Shown: positions 30,290-41,924, counted from the stretch's first letter. The stretch: DNA of 64,000 nucleotides from an uncultured Bacilli bacterium (GCA_934095845.1 CAKOKS010000003.1:5217-69216); one strand, 5' to 3'. The notes: generated by a model not told the origin, from the sequence alone. Translations and numbers: made by a program.

Positions 30290-30595
30290 ATGTCAAAAGT
30301 TAGAATAAGATTAAAAGCTTATGATCACAGAGTTTTAGATAATGCTGTAGCTAAACTAATTGAAACTGTTAAACGTACTGGTGGAGAGGTTTCAGGACCA
30401 GTTCCACTACCAACAGAAATTCAAAAGATTACAGTATTAAAAGCTGTTCACAAATACAAAGATAGTCGTGAACAATTCGAAATGCGTACTCATAAGAGAT
30501 TAATCGATATTAAAGATCCTAGCAAAGAAACTATGGATGCTCTAACTCGCTTAGACTTACCAAGCGGAGTTGAAATTAATATCAAAACTATATAA
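30290..30595 (+). CDS. rpsJ: 30S ribosomal protein S10
   Basis: [14 protein letters not shown]...GPVPLPT signature. Confidence 0.97.
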   Translation: MSKVRIRLKAYDHRVLDNAVAKLIETVKRTGGEVSGPVPLPTEIQKITVLKAVHKYKDSREQFEMRTHKRLIDIKDPSKETMDALTRLDLPSGVEINIKTI

Positions 30596-30620
30596 TTAAA
30601 ATAATAATGGAGGAAATGAA

Positions 30621-31403
30621 ATGAAAGGAATCTTAGGCGTAAAAGTCGGAATGACAGAAAAATTTACGAAAGATGGAAAAATTATTCCTGTTACTATAGT
30701 TGAAGTTAAGCCTAACGTTATTACTCAAATCAAAACTGTTGAAAAAGATGGATATAACGCTGTGCAACTTGCTGTAGTTGACAAAAAGGAAAAAAATGCA
30801 ACAAAGGCTGAAATCGGTCATGCAAAAAAAGCAGGTGTTGCTCCTAAGCGCTTCTTAAAAGAAATTAGAGTTGAATCTGTAGATAACTATACTCTAGGAA
30901 GTACATTAGCAGCTGACACTTTTGAAGTAGGAGAAAAAGTTGATGTAACTGGTACTTCTAAAGGAAAAGGATTCGCAGGTGTTATCAAACGTCATAATCA
31001 ATCTAGAGGACCTGAAACACATGGTTCAAGATATCATAGACGTCCAGGTTCAATGGGAACAATGAGACCAATGCGTGTTTTGAAAGGTAAGAAACTAGCT
31101 GGACACATGGGTTCAGAAACAGTTACTATTCAAAACCTAGAAATTATTGAAGTTTGTGTAAAAGATAATTACATATTAGTAAGTGGAAATATTCCAGGGC
31201 CAAAAAAATCTTTAGTTTTAATTAAATCTGCTGTTAAAGGTGGAAAAGTTGAACCAAAAGATATCATCATTAATGAAAGTGTTGAAGAAAGTAATACTGA
31301 AGTAGAAAACACAGAAGTAAATACAGAAGTAGAAGAAACTGTAGAAACTACTGAAGTAACAGAAAACACTGAAACTGAAGCCAAGGAATCTACTGAAGCT
31401 TAG
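30621..31403 (+). CDS. rplC: 50S ribosomal protein L3 (with about 50-aa acidic C-terminal extension)
   Basis: [12 protein letters not shown]...[12 protein letters not shown]. The tail is [29 protein letters not shown]... Confidence 0.95.
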   Translation: MKGILGVKVGMTEKFTKDGKIIPVTIVEVKPNVITQIKTVEKDGYNAVQLAVVDKKEKNATKAEIGHAKKAGVAPKRFLKEIRVESVDNYTLGSTLAADTFEVGEKVDVTGTSKGKGFAGVIKRHNQSRGPETHGSRYHRRPGSMGTMRPMRVLKGKKLAGHMGSETVTIQNLEIIEVCVKDNYILVSGNIPGPKKSLVLIKSAVKGGKVEPKDIIINESVEESNTEVENTEVNTEVEETVETTEVTENTETEAKESTEA

Positions 31404-31423
31404 TTGAAAGGAGAAAACATATA

Positions 31424-32047
31424 ATGGCAAAAGTTAATGTTATCGACCTTAAAGGTGAAAAAGTTAAAGATTTAACAATTAATGATGAAATTTGGAAAAA
31501 TGAAGGAAATGACGTTGTATTAAAGAAAGCTATTCGTTTACAATTAGATTCTTTAAGACAAGGAACTGCTGATACTAAAGGTAGAAGCGAAGTATCTGGT
31601 GGAGGAAGAAAACCATACAGACAAAAAGGGACTGGTAATGCTAGACAAGGATCTATTCGTGCACCACACTATAGAGGCGGTGGAATCGTATTTGGACCAA
31701 CTCCTAGAAATTACTCATTCAAAACAAATAGAAAAGAAAGAAGATTAGCACTTAAAACTGCTTTATCTGAAAAATTAGCTGAAAAGAAATTAGTTGTAGT
31801 TGATTCACTAGTTCTTGAAAGCACAAAAACAAAAGATGCTATTAAGTTATTAGAAACATTAAAAGCAACTGGTAAAGTATTATTCGTATCTGCTGGAGAT
31901 GCTGAAAATTTATATTTAGCAACTAGAAATTTAGGAAATGTAGCTGTAATAATGGCTGATGAACTAAATGTATATGATATCGTTAATGCTGATACATTAG
32001 TAATGGATTCTGAAACTATTAATTATGTAGAGGAGGCACTTAAATAA
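31424..32047 (+). CDS. rplD: 50S ribosomal protein L4
   Basis: [23 protein letters not shown] motif. Confidence 0.96.
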   Translation: MAKVNVIDLKGEKVKDLTINDEIWKNEGNDVVLKKAIRLQLDSLRQGTADTKGRSEVSGGGRKPYRQKGTGNARQGSIRAPHYRGGGIVFGPTPRNYSFKTNRKERRLALKTALSEKLAEKKLVVVDSLVLESTKTKDAIKLLETLKATGKVLFVSAGDAENLYLATRNLGNVAVIMADELNVYDIVNADTLVMDSETINYVEEALK

Positions 32048-32316
32048 TGAAAGATTTAATTATTGCACCAGTAATTACTGAAAAATCTGCTCATTTAGCA
32101 GAAGATGGAAAAACTTATGTTTTCAAAGTAAGAAAAGATGCTAATAAAGTTGAAATCGCTGATGCTATTGAAAGTGCTTTCAATGTAAAAGTAGCTTCTG
32201 TTAGAACTCTTAATACTAAATCTAAAGCAAAAAGAGTTGGAAGATATACTGGAAAAACAAAAACTTATAAGAAAGCTATCGTTACTTTAAAAGACGGTTA
32301 TGCTATAGAAATATAG
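32047..32316 (+). CDS. rplW: 50S ribosomal protein L23
   Basis: 89 aa in the conserved position. APVITEKS...YVFKV. The start overlaps the upstream stop (TAATG). Confidence 0.95.
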   Translation: MKDLIIAPVITEKSAHLAEDGKTYVFKVRKDANKVEIADAIESAFNVKVASVRTLNTKSKAKRVGRYTGKTKTYKKAIVTLKDGYAIEI

Positions 32317-32333
32317 TAGGAGGTTAAGTTATC

Positions 32334-33161
32334 ATGGGTATAAGAAAATATAAACCAACTACGAATGGTCGTAGAGGAATGTCTACTTTAACTAATGAAG
32401 AAATTACTACTTCAACACCAGAAAAAAGTTTATTAAAAACCATTTCTAAAACTGGTGGACGTAATAACCAAGGTAGAATGACTGTACAACACATCGGTGG
32501 TGGAGCAAAAAGAAAATATCGTATAATTGATTTTAAAAGAAATAAATTCAATGTAACTGGTAAAGTTACAACAATTGAATACGATCCAAATCGTAATGCT
32601 AATATAGCTTTAATCACTTACTTAGATGGTGAAAAGAGATATATTATTGCACCAAAAGATTTAAAAGTAGGAATGATCGTTGAATCTGGAGAAGCATGTG
32701 ATATCAAAGTTGGTAATGCAATGCAACTTCAAAATATTCCTGTTGGTACATTAGTACACAATGTTGAATTAAAACCTGGTAAAGGTGCTGAAATTGCTAG
32801 ATCTGCTGGACAAAGTGTTCAAATACTTGGTAGAGATGGTAAATATGTAATCGTTCGTTTAATGTCAGGTGAAACAAGAAAAATTCTTGGAACTTGTATG
32901 GCAACTATTGGTGTAGTTGGAAATGAAGATTACGAATTAGTAAACATTGGTAAAGCTGGAAGAACTCGTCATTTGGGTATTCGTCCTACAAACCGTGGTT
33001 CTGTTATGAACCCTAACGACCATCCACATGGTGGTGGTGAAGGTAGAACACCAATCGGTAGAAAAGGGCCTGTTACTCCTTGGGGTAAACCAGCACTTGG
33101 ATATAAAACTCGTAAAGGAAAGAAAGCTTCTGACAAGTTAATTGTTAGTAAGAAGAAATAG
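32334..33161 (+). CDS. rplB: 50S ribosomal protein L2
   Basis: [14 protein letters not shown]...[13 protein letters not shown]. Confidence 0.97.
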   Translation: MGIRKYKPTTNGRRGMSTLTNEEITTSTPEKSLLKTISKTGGRNNQGRMTVQHIGGGAKRKYRIIDFKRNKFNVTGKVTTIEYDPNRNANIALITYLDGEKRYIIAPKDLKVGMIVESGEACDIKVGNAMQLQNIPVGTLVHNVELKPGKGAEIARSAGQSVQILGRDGKYVIVRLMSGETRKILGTCMATIGVVGNEDYELVNIGKAGRTRHLGIRPTNRGSVMNPNDHPHGGGEGRTPIGRKGPVTPWGKPALGYKTRKGKKASDKLIVSKKK

Positions 33162-33169
33162 GTGATTTT

Positions 33170-33433
33170 ATGGCAAGAAGTTTAAAGAAAGGGCCTTTCG
33201 TTGATGAAAGCCTAATGAAAAAAATCGAAAAATTAAATGAATCAAATAAAAAAGAAGTTGTTAAAACTTGGTCACGTCGTTCAACAATTTTCCCTGACTT
33301 TGTAGGTCATACAATTGCTGTACATAATGGAAAAGATTTTGTTCCAGTATATGTTACAGAAGATATGGTTGGTCACAAACTTGGAGAATTCGCTTTAACT
33401 CGTAAAGCTGGCGGACATGCAGGACAAAAGTAG
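33170..33433 (+). CDS. rpsS: 30S ribosomal protein S19
   Basis: [12 protein letters not shown]...GHKLGEF. Confidence 0.97.
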   Translation: MARSLKKGPFVDESLMKKIEKLNESNKKEVVKTWSRRSTIFPDFVGHTIAVHNGKDFVPVYVTEDMVGHKLGEFALTRKAGGHAGQK

Positions 33434-33444
33434 GAGGTTATTAG

Positions 33445-33786
33445 ATGGAAACATTTGCAATGCATAAAAGTGCAATGGTAGCTCCACGTAAATGCCGTAT
33501 GACTATGGATTTAGTTAGAGGTAAAAAAGCTACTACTGCTATTGGAATATTAAAAAATACAAATACTAAATCTAGTAGACTTATCCTTAAGGTTTTAAAT
33601 TCTGCTATAGCTAATGCAACTAATAACTATGGTGCTAAGCTAGAAGATTTAGTAATATCTGAATGCTTCGTTAATCCAGGACCTGTTTACAAAAGAGTAA
33701 AAATTGGTTCTAGAACAAAAGTTGACAGAAGAGATAAAAGAACAAGTCACATAACTGTAAAAGTTAGTGATGGTAAGGAGGCTTAA
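33445..33786 (+). CDS. rplV: 50S ribosomal protein L22
   Basis: VAPRKCRMTMDLVRGK, in the conserved position. Confidence 0.95.
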   Translation: METFAMHKSAMVAPRKCRMTMDLVRGKKATTAIGILKNTNTKSSRLILKVLNSAIANATNNYGAKLEDLVISECFVNPGPVYKRVKIGSRTKVDRRDKRTSHITVKVSDGKEA

Positions 33787-33792
33787 TTAGAT

Positions 33793-34470
33793 ATGGGACA
33801 AAAGGTAGATCCTAGAGGATTAAGACTTGGTGTTAACAGAGATTGGCAATCTAAATGGTATGCTGAAAAAGGTACTTATGTAAGTAATTTAAATAACGAT
33901 ATTAAAATTCGTGAATACTTAGTAAAAGAACTTAAAGATGCTGCTGTTTCAGAAATCTTAATCGAAAGAAAAGCAAATAGAATAGATGTTAAAATATCTA
34001 CTGCTCGTCCAGGAGTAATCATTGGTAGAGGTGGAGAAGACATCGAAAAATTAAGAAAGAAAATAAAAAATATCTGTGGTGAAGATGTATTCGTAACTAT
34101 TAATGAAGTTAAGAATCCTGATTTAAGCGCAGAACTAGTTGCTCAATCAATTGCTAAACAAATTGAAAATAGAGGAAACTTCAGAAATGTTCAAAAGAAA
34201 GCTATTAGAAACACTATGAAAGCTGGAGCAAAAGGAATCAAAACTGCTGTATCTGGTCGTTTAGCTGGTGCTGAAATGGCTCGTACTGAAGGATATACAG
34301 AAGGAACAGTACCTCTACAAACAATTAGAGCTAATGTTGATTATGCAACAGCTGAAGCTGACACTACTTATGGTAAGATTGGTGTTAAAGTTTGGATTTA
34401 TAAAGGTGAAATCCTAAACAAAAGAGTAAACAAAGGAGGTAATGACGATGTTAATGCCAAAAAGAACTAA
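33793..34470 (+). CDS. rpsC: 30S ribosomal protein S3
   Basis: [13 protein letters not shown]...KH domain...[10 protein letters not shown]. Confidence 0.97.
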   Translation: MGQKVDPRGLRLGVNRDWQSKWYAEKGTYVSNLNNDIKIREYLVKELKDAAVSEILIERKANRIDVKISTARPGVIIGRGGEDIEKLRKKIKNICGEDVFVTINEVKNPDLSAELVAQSIAKQIENRGNFRNVQKKAIRNTMKAGAKGIKTAVSGRLAGAEMARTEGYTEGTVPLQTIRANVDYATAEADTTYGKIGVKVWIYKGEILNKRVNKGGNDDVNAKKN

Positions 34471-34879
34471 ATATCGTAAACCTCATAGAATTTCTTATGA
34501 AGGACGTGCTAAAGGTAATTTAGAATTACACTTTGGTGACTACGGATTACAAGCTAAAGAAGGTGGATACGTAACAGCTCGTCAAATCGAAGCAGCTCGT
34601 ATCGCTATGACACGTTACATGAAACGTGGTGGAAAAGTATGGATTAACATATTCCCACATTTAGCTAGAACTCAAAAACCTTTGGAAACTAGACAAGGTA
34701 AAGGAAAAGGTAACGTTAGTGAATGGGCAGCGGTTGTAAAAGAAGGAAAAATCATGTTTGAAATAGCTGGTGTTTCTGAAGAAGTTGCTCGTGAAGCTTT
34801 AAGACTTGCATCTCATAAATTAAGCGTTACAACTCGTTTCGTTAAGAGAGAAGAAAGTGGGGATAGTAATGAAGACTAG
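34448..34879 (+). CDS. rplP: 50S ribosomal protein L16
   Basis: Canonical [11 protein letters not shown] start at 34448 behind AAAGGAGG. The track start at 34442 adds 2 aa. Confidence 0.95.
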   Translation: MLMPKRTKYRKPHRISYEGRAKGNLELHFGDYGLQAKEGGYVTARQIEAARIAMTRYMKRGGKVWINIFPHLARTQKPLETRQGKGKGNVSEWAAVVKEGKIMFEIAGVSEEVAREALRLASHKLSVTTRFVKREESGDSNED

Positions 34880-35066
34880 TGAAATTAGAAAAATGTCCAC
34901 TGAAGAGATATTAAAGAAAATAGAAGAACTAAAAAATGAATTATTCGATTTAAGAATGAAACAATCAACTGGTTCATTAGAAAAATCACATAAAATAAAT
35001 CAAGATAGAAAAGATATTGCTAGAATGAAAACTATTTTAAGTGAAAGAGAAGGAGGAAATGAATAA
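34869..35066 (+). CDS. rpmC: 50S ribosomal protein L29
   Basis: [29 protein letters not shown]. The track start at 34857 is a GTG. Confidence 0.93.
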   Translation: MKTSEIRKMSTEEILKKIEELKNELFDLRMKQSTGSLEKSHKINQDRKDIARMKTILSEREGGNE

Positions 35067-35326
35067 TGAGCGAAACTAAAAGAACTGAATTAATCGGAAA
35101 AGTTGTTTCAGCTGCTAATAATAAAACTATTACAGTTTTAGTTGAAACTTATAGAAATCATCCTCTATACAAAAAAAGAGTAAAATATTCTAAAAAATAT
35201 ACTGCTCATGATGAAAAAAATATAGCGAAAGTTGGAGATACAGTTAGATTACTTTCTACTAGACCATTATCTAAAACTAAGAGATATGAACTTGTAGAAA
35301 TCTTAACTAAATCTCAAGAAGCTTAA
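35066..35326 (+). CDS. rpsQ: 30S ribosomal protein S17
   Basis: [17 protein letters not shown]...HPLYKK. Confidence 0.95.
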   Translation: MSETKRTELIGKVVSAANNKTITVLVETYRNHPLYKKRVKYSKKYTAHDEKNIAKVGDTVRLLSTRPLSKTKRYELVEILTKSQEA

Positions 35327-35337
35327 GGAGGGTTATT

Positions 35338-35706
35338 ATGGTACAACAAGAAACAAGATTAAAAGTTGCTGATAACTCTGGAGCTCGTGAATTATTAGTA
35401 ATCAGAGTATTAGGCGGAAGCAAAGTTAAATATGGTAACATTGGAGATATAGTTGTAGGAACTGTTAAAAAAGCTATTCCTAACTCAAATGTTAAAAAAG
35501 GTAAAGTAGTAAAAGCTGTTATTGTTAGAAGTGTTGAAGGTGTAAGACGTGCAGATGGTTCTCTAATCAAATTCGGAGATAATGCTTGTGTATTAATCAA
35601 AGATGATAAGAGTCCAATCGGAACACGTGTTTTAGGACCTGTTGCTAGAGAACTTCGTGATAAAGATTTCATGAAAATTGTTTCTTTAGCAAATGAAGTT
35701 TTATAG
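35338..35706 (+). CDS. rplN: 50S ribosomal protein L14
   Basis: [19 protein letters not shown]. Confidence 0.97.
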   Translation: MVQQETRLKVADNSGARELLVIRVLGGSKVKYGNIGDIVVGTVKKAIPNSNVKKGKVVKAVIVRSVEGVRRADGSLIKFGDNACVLIKDDKSPIGTRVLGPVARELRDKDFMKIVSLANEVL

Positions 35707-35715
35707 GAGGTAAAC

Positions 35716-36021
35716 ATGAAAGTTAAAGTTGGCGATAAAGTAAAAATTCTTGCTGGTAAAGATAAAGGCAAAGAAGGAACTGTTACAGTAACTTTAAAGA
35801 AAAAAGATAAAGTTGTTGTAAGTGGAATCAATATGGTTAAAAAACATATGAAACCAAATCATCAAAATGAAACTGGTGGAATTCTTGAAACAGAAGCTCC
35901 AATTCATGTTTCTAACGTAAAAGTAATTGAAACTGAAAAAAAAGCAAAAACAGTAAAAACTACAGAAAAGAAAACAACTAAAAAAACTACTAAAAAAGAA
36001 GTAGGTGAAAATAATGAATAG
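35716..36021 (+). CDS. rplX: 50S ribosomal protein L24 (K/T-rich C-terminus)
   Basis: [19 protein letters not shown]...APIHVSNV. Confidence 0.93.
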   Translation: MKVKVGDKVKILAGKDKGKEGTVTVTLKKKDKVVVSGINMVKKHMKPNHQNETGGILETEAPIHVSNVKVIETEKKAKTVKTTEKKTTKKTTKKEVGENNE

Positions 36022-36553
36022 TTTAAAAGAAAAATACAATGATGTTATTAAAAAAGATTTAATGGAAAAATTCAATTACGCTTCAGTAATGGAAGTTCCT
36101 AAACTAGAAAAAATTGTTATTAACATTGGTGTTGGAGAAGCAAGTCATGATTCAAAATATATTGAAGCTGCAGTTGCTGATCTAGAAACTATTACAGGAC
36201 AAAAACCAATTATAACAAAAGCTAAAAAATCAATAGCTGGTTTTAAATTAAGAGAAGGTCAATCTATTGGTACTAAAGTTACATTAAGAGGAGAAAATAT
36301 GTACAACTTTATGGATAAATTAATCCGTGTTGCATTACCTCGTGTACGTGACTTTAGAGGAATTAGTCCAAAAGCATTTGATGGCTTCGGAAACTATACT
36401 CTAGGAATTAAAGAACAACTTATATTCCCAGAAATAGATTATGATAAAGTATTAAAAATAAGAGGAATGGATATTGTTTTTGTTACAACAGCAAAAACTA
36501 ATGAAGAAGGTTTAGCATTATTAACTGGATTCGGACTTCCATTTAGAAAGTAG
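36014..36553 (+). CDS. rplE: 50S ribosomal protein L5
   Basis: [12 protein letters not shown]... begins at the 36014 ATG behind AGGTGA. The track start at 36005 is a GTG. Confidence 0.95.
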   Translation: MNSLKEKYNDVIKKDLMEKFNYASVMEVPKLEKIVINIGVGEASHDSKYIEAAVADLETITGQKPIITKAKKSIAGFKLREGQSIGTKVTLRGENMYNFMDKLIRVALPRVRDFRGISPKAFDGFGNYTLGIKEQLIFPEIDYDKVLKIRGMDIVFVTTAKTNEEGLALLTGFGLPFRK

Positions 36554-36561
36554 GTATATTA

Positions 36562-36747
36562 ATGGCTAAGAAAAGTATGATTGTAAAGGCAAATCGCCCA
36601 CAAAAATTTAAAGTTAGAGAATATACTCGTTGTCAAAGATGTGGTCGTCCTCATGGCGTTCTACGTAAGTTTGGACTATGCCGTATTTGTTTTAGAGAAC
36701 TTGCAAATCAAGGACAAATACCTGGAGTTAAAAAATCAAGTTGGTAG
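36562..36747 (+). CDS. rpsN: 30S ribosomal protein S14, type Z (zinc-binding, 61 aa)
   Basis: CQRCGRPHG...CRIC Cys4 motif and the short form. Confidence 0.95.
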   Translation: MAKKSMIVKANRPQKFKVREYTRCQRCGRPHGVLRKFGLCRICFRELANQGQIPGVKKSSW

Positions 36748-36762
36748 AAAGGAAGTTAAAAT

Positions 36763-37161
36763 ATGGTAGCAGATAAAATAGCAGATATGCTTACAAGAAT
36801 TCGTAATGCAAATCAAATGAAATATGATACTGTTGATGTTATTGGAACAAAAATGACAGTAGAAATCGCTAGAATATTAAAAGAAGAAGGATATATAAGC
36901 GATTATAAATTAGTAGAAGCTTCTAATGGAAATACTTTAACATTAAATTTAAAATATGCTGAAGATAAAAAAGTTAGAGTTATTACTGGTTTAAAAAGAA
37001 TCAGCAAATCTGGTTTAAGAGTTTATGCCAAATATGATGAACTTCCTAGAGTTCTAAATGGTTTAGGTATAGCAATTATATCTACTTCTGAAGGTATTAT
37101 GACTGATAGAGATGCTAGAAATAAAAAACTAGGAGGAGAAGTACTTGCTTACATTTGGTAA
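36763..37161 (+). CDS. rpsH: 30S ribosomal protein S8
   Basis: [13 protein letters not shown].... Confidence 0.96.
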   Translation: MVADKIADMLTRIRNANQMKYDTVDVIGTKMTVEIARILKEEGYISDYKLVEASNGNTLTLNLKYAEDKKVRVITGLKRISKSGLRVYAKYDELPRVLNGLGIAIISTSEGIMTDRDARNKKLGGEVLAYIW

Positions 37162-37178
37162 CAAGGAAAATATTGGTT

Positions 37179-37718
37179 ATGAGTAGAATAGGAAATAGAG
37201 TATTAAAAGTACCTGCTGGTGTAAATGTAACAGTTGAAGGTAACACAATAACTGTTAAAGGATCAAAAGGTGAATTAAGTTATACTTTTGATAAAAATAT
37301 AACTGTAGAAGTAAAAGATGAAACTATTATAGTTAAACGTGCAAACGAAACTAAAAATGTTAAATCTTTACATGGAACAACTAATGCATTAATTTCAAAT
37401 ATGCTAATTGGTGTATCTGAAGGTTTCCAAAAAGGATTAGAAGCTGTTGGTGTAGGATATAGATTTAATGTAGCAGGAAACAAAATTACAGTTTCTGCTG
37501 GTTATTCTCATCCTATTGAAGTAATAGTTCCAAGTGATTTAAAAGTTGAATCAGTTTCAAATACAGAAATTACTGTAAGTGGAATTGATAAACAAAAAGT
37601 ATCCGAATTTGCGGCTAATATTCGTAAGATTCGTGAACCAGAACCTTATAAAGGTAAAGGTATACGTTATAAAGGCGAATACATAAGACGTAAAGAAGGA
37701 AAGAAAGCTGCTAAATAG
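37179..37718 (+). CDS. rplF: 50S ribosomal protein L6
   Basis: [15 protein letters not shown]... begins at the 37179 ATG. The track start at 37155 is a TTG. Confidence 0.93.
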   Translation: MSRIGNRVLKVPAGVNVTVEGNTITVKGSKGELSYTFDKNITVEVKDETIIVKRANETKNVKSLHGTTNALISNMLIGVSEGFQKGLEAVGVGYRFNVAGNKITVSAGYSHPIEVIVPSDLKVESVSNTEITVSGIDKQKVSEFAANIRKIREPEPYKGKGIRYKGEYIRRKEGKKAAK

Positions 37719-37732
37719 GTAGGAGGGTTAAT

Positions 37733-38089
37733 ATGATAAAGAAAGAATCAACTAATGTCGCAAGACAAAGAAGACATGCTAGAGTTCGTAATAAAGTTGT
37801 TGGTACTAGTGAATGTCCAAGATTAAATGTATTTAGATCTAATTCTCAAATTTTCGCACAAATAATTGATGATGAAAAAGGAACTACCTTAGTTAGTTCT
37901 TCAAGTGTTGAATTAAAAATCAAAAATGGTGGAAACGTTGAAGGTGCTAAATTAGTAGGTGCTGATATTGCTAAAAAAGCAAAATCTGCAAAAATTACAA
38001 AAGTAGTATTTGATAGAGGTGGATACCAATATCATGGACGTGTTGAAGCTTTAGCTGAAGCTGCACGTGAAGCTGGATTGGAATTTTAG
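37733..38089 (+). CDS. rplR: 50S ribosomal protein L18
   Basis: [10 protein letters not shown]...[12 protein letters not shown]. Confidence 0.96.
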   Translation: MIKKESTNVARQRRHARVRNKVVGTSECPRLNVFRSNSQIFAQIIDDEKGTTLVSSSSVELKIKNGGNVEGAKLVGADIAKKAKSAKITKVVFDRGGYQYHGRVEALAEAAREAGLEF

Positions 38090-38099
38090 GAGGTAGATT

Positions 38100-38609
38100 A
38101 TGGCAAAACAAGAAAAAGTTATGGACCCTAAGAAAAAACTTTTAGATGAAAAAGTTATTACCATCTCTAGAGTAACAAAAGTTACAAAAGGTGGACGTCA
38201 TTTTAGATTTTCAGCTACAATGGTAGTTGGTAATGGAAAAGGACTAATAGGAATTGGAACAGGTAAAGCTAATGAAGTACCTGAAGCAATTAAAAAAGGC
38301 GTACAAGCTGCTAATAAGAATTTAGTTAGAGTATCACTAGTTGATGCAAGAACTATTCCTCATGAAGCAATTGGTGTATGTGGAAGAGCAAGAGTTATGA
38401 TTAAACCAGCTCCAAAAGGTACAGGTATTATTGCTGGTGGAGCTGCTCGTGCTGTACTTGAACTTGCAGGAGTTAAAGACATAGTTGCTAAGTCTTTAGG
38501 TGCTAATACTCAAGTAAACGTTGCTAAAGCTACTTTAGAGGCATTAAAATCACAACGTACTGCTGAACAAATCGCAGAATTACGTGGTAAGAAAGTTGAG
38601 GAGTTATAA
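38100..38609 (+). CDS. rpsE: 30S ribosomal protein S5
   Basis: [16 protein letters not shown]...GTGIIAGG. Confidence 0.96.
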   Translation: MAKQEKVMDPKKKLLDEKVITISRVTKVTKGGRHFRFSATMVVGNGKGLIGIGTGKANEVPEAIKKGVQAANKNLVRVSLVDARTIPHEAIGVCGRARVMIKPAPKGTGIIAGGAARAVLELAGVKDIVAKSLGANTQVNVAKATLEALKSQRTAEQIAELRGKKVEEL

Positions 38610-38610
38610 T

Positions 38611-39051
38611 ATGAAGTTAAATAGTTTAGAAAAATCTCCAGAAACTAAAGTAAGAAAAAGAGTTGGACGTGGACCAGGATCTGGAATGGGTAAAACATCT
38701 ACTCGTGGTGAAAACGGACAAAAATCAAGAAGTGGAGCAAGTATTAAAGCTTGGTTCGAAGGTGGTCAATCTCCTTTATATAGAAGATTACCAAAAAGAG
38801 GATTCAATAATACTAGATTCCAAACAAAATATGCAACTATCAATTTATCTGATTTAAACAGATTTAATGATGGTGATACAGTTACTCCAGAATTATTAAA
38901 AGAAATGGGTATTGTAAAAAAACAATTAGCTGGTATTAAAGTACTTGCTAATGGTAAATTAGAAAAGAAGGTTAATGTTAAAGCTCAAAGATTCTCATCA
39001 AGAGCTGTTACAAAGATTGAAGAATTAGGCGGAACAGCAGAGGTGATTTAA
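38611..39051 (+). CDS. rplO: 50S ribosomal protein L15
   Basis: MKLNSLEKSPETKVRKRVGRGPGSGMGKTSTRG begins at the 38611 ATG, 1 nt after the rpsE stop. No L30 gene lies between them. Confidence 0.95.
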   Translation: MKLNSLEKSPETKVRKRVGRGPGSGMGKTSTRGENGQKSRSGASIKAWFEGGQSPLYRRLPKRGFNNTRFQTKYATINLSDLNRFNDGDTVTPELLKEMGIVKKQLAGIKVLANGKLEKKVNVKAQRFSSRAVTKIEELGGTAEVI

Positions 39052-39053
39052 AG

Positions 39054-40322
39054 ATGTTCAAAAGTCTTAAAGGATTATTTAATTCTAAAAATAAAGATTT
39101 GAGAAAAAGAATTTATATCACCTTAGCTATCTTAGCTATATTTGGTCTAGGTACTAATATAATGGTACCTCATGCCAAGAGTATAACTCAAAATTTAGAC
39201 TTCTTAGATTTATTAAATTTAATGAGTGGTGGTAGTTTAAAAACTTTCTCAATATTTGCGTTAGGAGTTATGCCATATATTTCGGCAACAATTCTTACAC
39301 AATTATTACAAATGGATATAATTCCATATTTTAAAGAATTGAAAGAACAAGGCGCTACAGGTAGACAAAAAATAAACAAAATTAATAGATACTTAGGTGT
39401 TCTATTCGCGTTTATTCAAGGTTATATATATGCAGTAGCATTTATGGGAGGATCTACAGTTGAAATATTAAAATCAACAATAATATTAACAGCTGGAACA
39501 TCTTTACTATTATGGTTGGCAGATATAATTACGAATAAAGGATTAGGTAATGGTATATCATTATTCATAATGGCTGGTATTGTTAATACTTTACCATCAA
39601 CATTCATTACTGCATTTAAAGACTTAATATTAGCAGATACATTTACTCGTGTTGTAGGAATTAGCTTATTTGCATTATTTATAATTGCTTACTTAGTTAT
39701 TCTAGTTGGTGTTGTATACATGCAAATTTCTGAAAGAAGAATTCCAATACAACATAGTCAAAGAACAGATAGTTCTTATAATAAAGAACAATCTTATATT
39801 CCTTTGAAATTAAATTCAGCAAGTGTAATGCCAGTAATATTTGCAAGTGCATTAACAAGTATACCAACACTTATTGCTCAATTTGTAAAAAATGATACAT
39901 TTAAAAATATAGTAGAAAACTATTTAAGTTATACTACATTAACTGGATATATTCTTTATGTAGTATTAATATTTGCTTTTGGTTATGTTTATACTTTAAT
40001 GGAACTTAATCCAAAAGAAATGAGTGAAAATTTAGATAAAAATAGAAGTTATATTCCAGGAATAACTCCTGGTGAAAAAACTGAAATGTTTTTAAAAGGA
40101 ACTATTTCAAGATTAACAGTAGTTGGAAGTTTATTCTTAATAGTAATAGCTTCCATACCAATATTATTTAGTAAAATTTCCTCACTATCAAGTGCAGTAA
40201 CACTTGGAGGTACAGGATTACTAATTGTAGTTGGTGTAGCTCTTGAAACTTATAAGCAACTTGAAAGTAGCATTGTAAGTAGAAGTTATCAAGGAAGTAG
40301 GAAGAGAAGACATAGAAGATGA
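39054..40322 (+). CDS. secY: preprotein translocase subunit SecY
   Basis: 422 aa with 10 TM helices. Has GVMPYISATI... and sits in the conserved position. Confidence 0.96.
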   Translation: MFKSLKGLFNSKNKDLRKRIYITLAILAIFGLGTNIMVPHAKSITQNLDFLDLLNLMSGGSLKTFSIFALGVMPYISATILTQLLQMDIIPYFKELKEQGATGRQKINKINRYLGVLFAFIQGYIYAVAFMGGSTVEILKSTIILTAGTSLLLWLADIITNKGLGNGISLFIMAGIVNTLPSTFITAFKDLILADTFTRVVGISLFALFIIAYLVILVGVVYMQISERRIPIQHSQRTDSSYNKEQSYIPLKLNSASVMPVIFASALTSIPTLIAQFVKNDTFKNIVENYLSYTTLTGYILYVVLIFAFGYVYTLMELNPKEMSENLDKNRSYIPGITPGEKTEMFLKGTISRLTVVGSLFLIVIASIPILFSKISSLSSAVTLGGTGLLIVVGVALETYKQLESSIVSRSYQGSRKRRHRR

Positions 40323-40969
40323 AGAATATAATCTTTATTGCTCCTCCCGCATCAGGGAAAGGAACTCAAAGCGAAATGCTAGTAAAGAAATATGGATACG
40401 TTCATATTTCTACTGGAGATTTACTTAGAGAAGAAGTAAAGAAAGCAAGTCTTCTAGGTGAAAAAGTAAAAAAACTTATGGATGCTGGTGAACTTATCAG
40501 TGATGACATAGTTTTAGATTTATTAAAAAGTAAGATTAAAAGTTGTGGGGTATCTTCAAGTTTTATATTTGATGGATATCCTAGAACCATTAATCAAGCT
40601 GAAAGTCTTAATGAATTAGCAATAGAACTTAATATTAAACTTGACTGTGTTCTATATTTAAATATAGATGAGATTACTGCAATGAAAAGAGCAGTAGGAA
40701 GGTTAAGTTGTCCAAAGTGTGGTTCAATTTATAATAAATATGATGAAAAACTTGCACCAATAAATGATAATTTATGTGATAAGTGTAAAGTTCCATTGTT
40801 ATCAAGAAGTGATGATAATGAAGTTACTTTTAAAGAAAGATTTCATACATATTTAAATAATACTAAACCATTACTTGACTATTACGAAAAGTTAGGTATA
40901 ATTAACGTGATAGCAAGTTTGACTCCGGAAGAAACTTTTAAAGAAATAGAGGGTGTAATTAATGATTAA
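40319..40969 (+). CDS. adk: adenylate kinase (zinc-lid type)
   Basis: P-loop PPASGKGTQ, and a lid with CPKCG...CDKC. ATGA overlap with secY. Confidence 0.95.
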   Translation: MKNIIFIAPPASGKGTQSEMLVKKYGYVHISTGDLLREEVKKASLLGEKVKKLMDAGELISDDIVLDLLKSKIKSCGVSSSFIFDGYPRTINQAESLNELAIELNIKLDCVLYLNIDEITAMKRAVGRLSCPKCGSIYNKYDEKLAPINDNLCDKCKVPLLSRSDDNEVTFKERFHTYLNNTKPLLDYYEKLGIINVIASLTPEETFKEIEGVIND

Positions 40970-41708
40970 TATATATACTGATGATGAAATTAAATTAATT
41001 AAAGAATCAGGTCATATTACATATCAAACACACCAATATTTAAAAGATTTTTTAAAACCTGGAGTAACAACTAAACATATTGATGATTTAGCTGGAGAAT
41101 TCATTAGAAGTAAAGGTGGAGTACCCAGTTGCCTTGGTTTTGAAGGATACCCTGGCAATATTTGTATATCTGTAAATGATGAAGTTGTTCATGGAATCGG
41201 TAGTGATAGAAAATTAAAAGAAGGAGACATAGTCACTTTAGATATATGTACTCTTTATAAAGGATATCATTCAGATTCAGCTTGGACTTATCCTGTAGGT
41301 AAAATAAATAAAGAAAAAGAATATTTACTTTATCATACTGAAAAATCATTATTTACTGGATTAAAAGAATTAAAGGCGGGAGTTCCACTTGGTAATGCTT
41401 CCTCTAGAATTGGTCAATATGCAAAAAAACATGGACTTGGAGTTGTACATGAATTAGTTGGACATGGTGTAGGTCATGAATTACATGAAGATCCAGATGT
41501 TCCAAATTATGGTGTATATAATACCGGTGTAAAACTTAAAGAAGGAATGGTTATCGCAGTAGAACCTATGTTAACTGCTGGAAAAAGATATGTTGTTATG
41601 TTAGATGATGATTGGACAATTGTTACAGAAGATGGTCGTCCAAGTGCACATTTTGAACATACAGTTGCTATTCGAAAAGATGGATACGAAATTCTTACAG
41701 GAGAGTGA
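40962..41708 (+). CDS. map: type I methionine aminopeptidase
   Basis: HGIGS...DIVTLD...GHGVGHELHE...EPM metal ligands. Confidence 0.95.
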   Translation: MINIYTDDEIKLIKESGHITYQTHQYLKDFLKPGVTTKHIDDLAGEFIRSKGGVPSCLGFEGYPGNICISVNDEVVHGIGSDRKLKEGDIVTLDICTLYKGYHSDSAWTYPVGKINKEKEYLLYHTEKSLFTGLKELKAGVPLGNASSRIGQYAKKHGLGVVHELVGHGVGHELHEDPDVPNYGVYNTGVKLKEGMVIAVEPMLTAGKRYVVMLDDDWTIVTEDGRPSAHFEHTVAIRKDGYEILTGE

Positions 41709-41711
41709 AAA

Positions 41712-41924
41712 ATGGCTAAAGAGCAAAAAATAGAAGTCGAAGGTAAAGTAATCGACGTAACTCATGAAATATATAAAATTGAGTTAGATAATAAGCTTAT
41801 TGTAACTGCCCGTGTTTCTGGTAAAATACGTATGAACATGATTCGTATTTTAGCAGGTGATAGAGTTACAGTAGAAATGTCACCAACTGATTTAACACAT
41901 GGGATAATAAAATACAGAAAGTAA
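41712..41924 (+). CDS. infA: translation initiation factor IF-1
   Basis: [34 protein letters not shown]. Confidence 0.95.
   Translation: MAKEQKIEVEGKVIDVTHEIYKIELDNKLIVTARVSGKIRMNMIRILAGDRVTVEMSPTDLTHGIIKYRK

Noticed and set aside
35307-35831. Long antisense ORF (174 aa) opposite rplN/rplX. Many other minus-strand ORFs in the track are of the same kind, for example 32324-32617, 31169-31430, 53426-54115, 44901-45228, 24108-24335 and 44344-44565.
   Set aside because: All lie antisense to strongly supported, motif-bearing genes. They have low-complexity or hydrophobic nonsense-like composition and no SD. They are the open antisense frames expected in biased-composition DNA.
40319-40322. Mollicutes-type genetic code, with TGA read as Trp, suggested by the very low GC.
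   Set aside because: TGA terminates secY in the ATGA overlap with adk and terminates other ORFs at the expected lengths. Trp is encoded by TGG throughout the conserved proteins.
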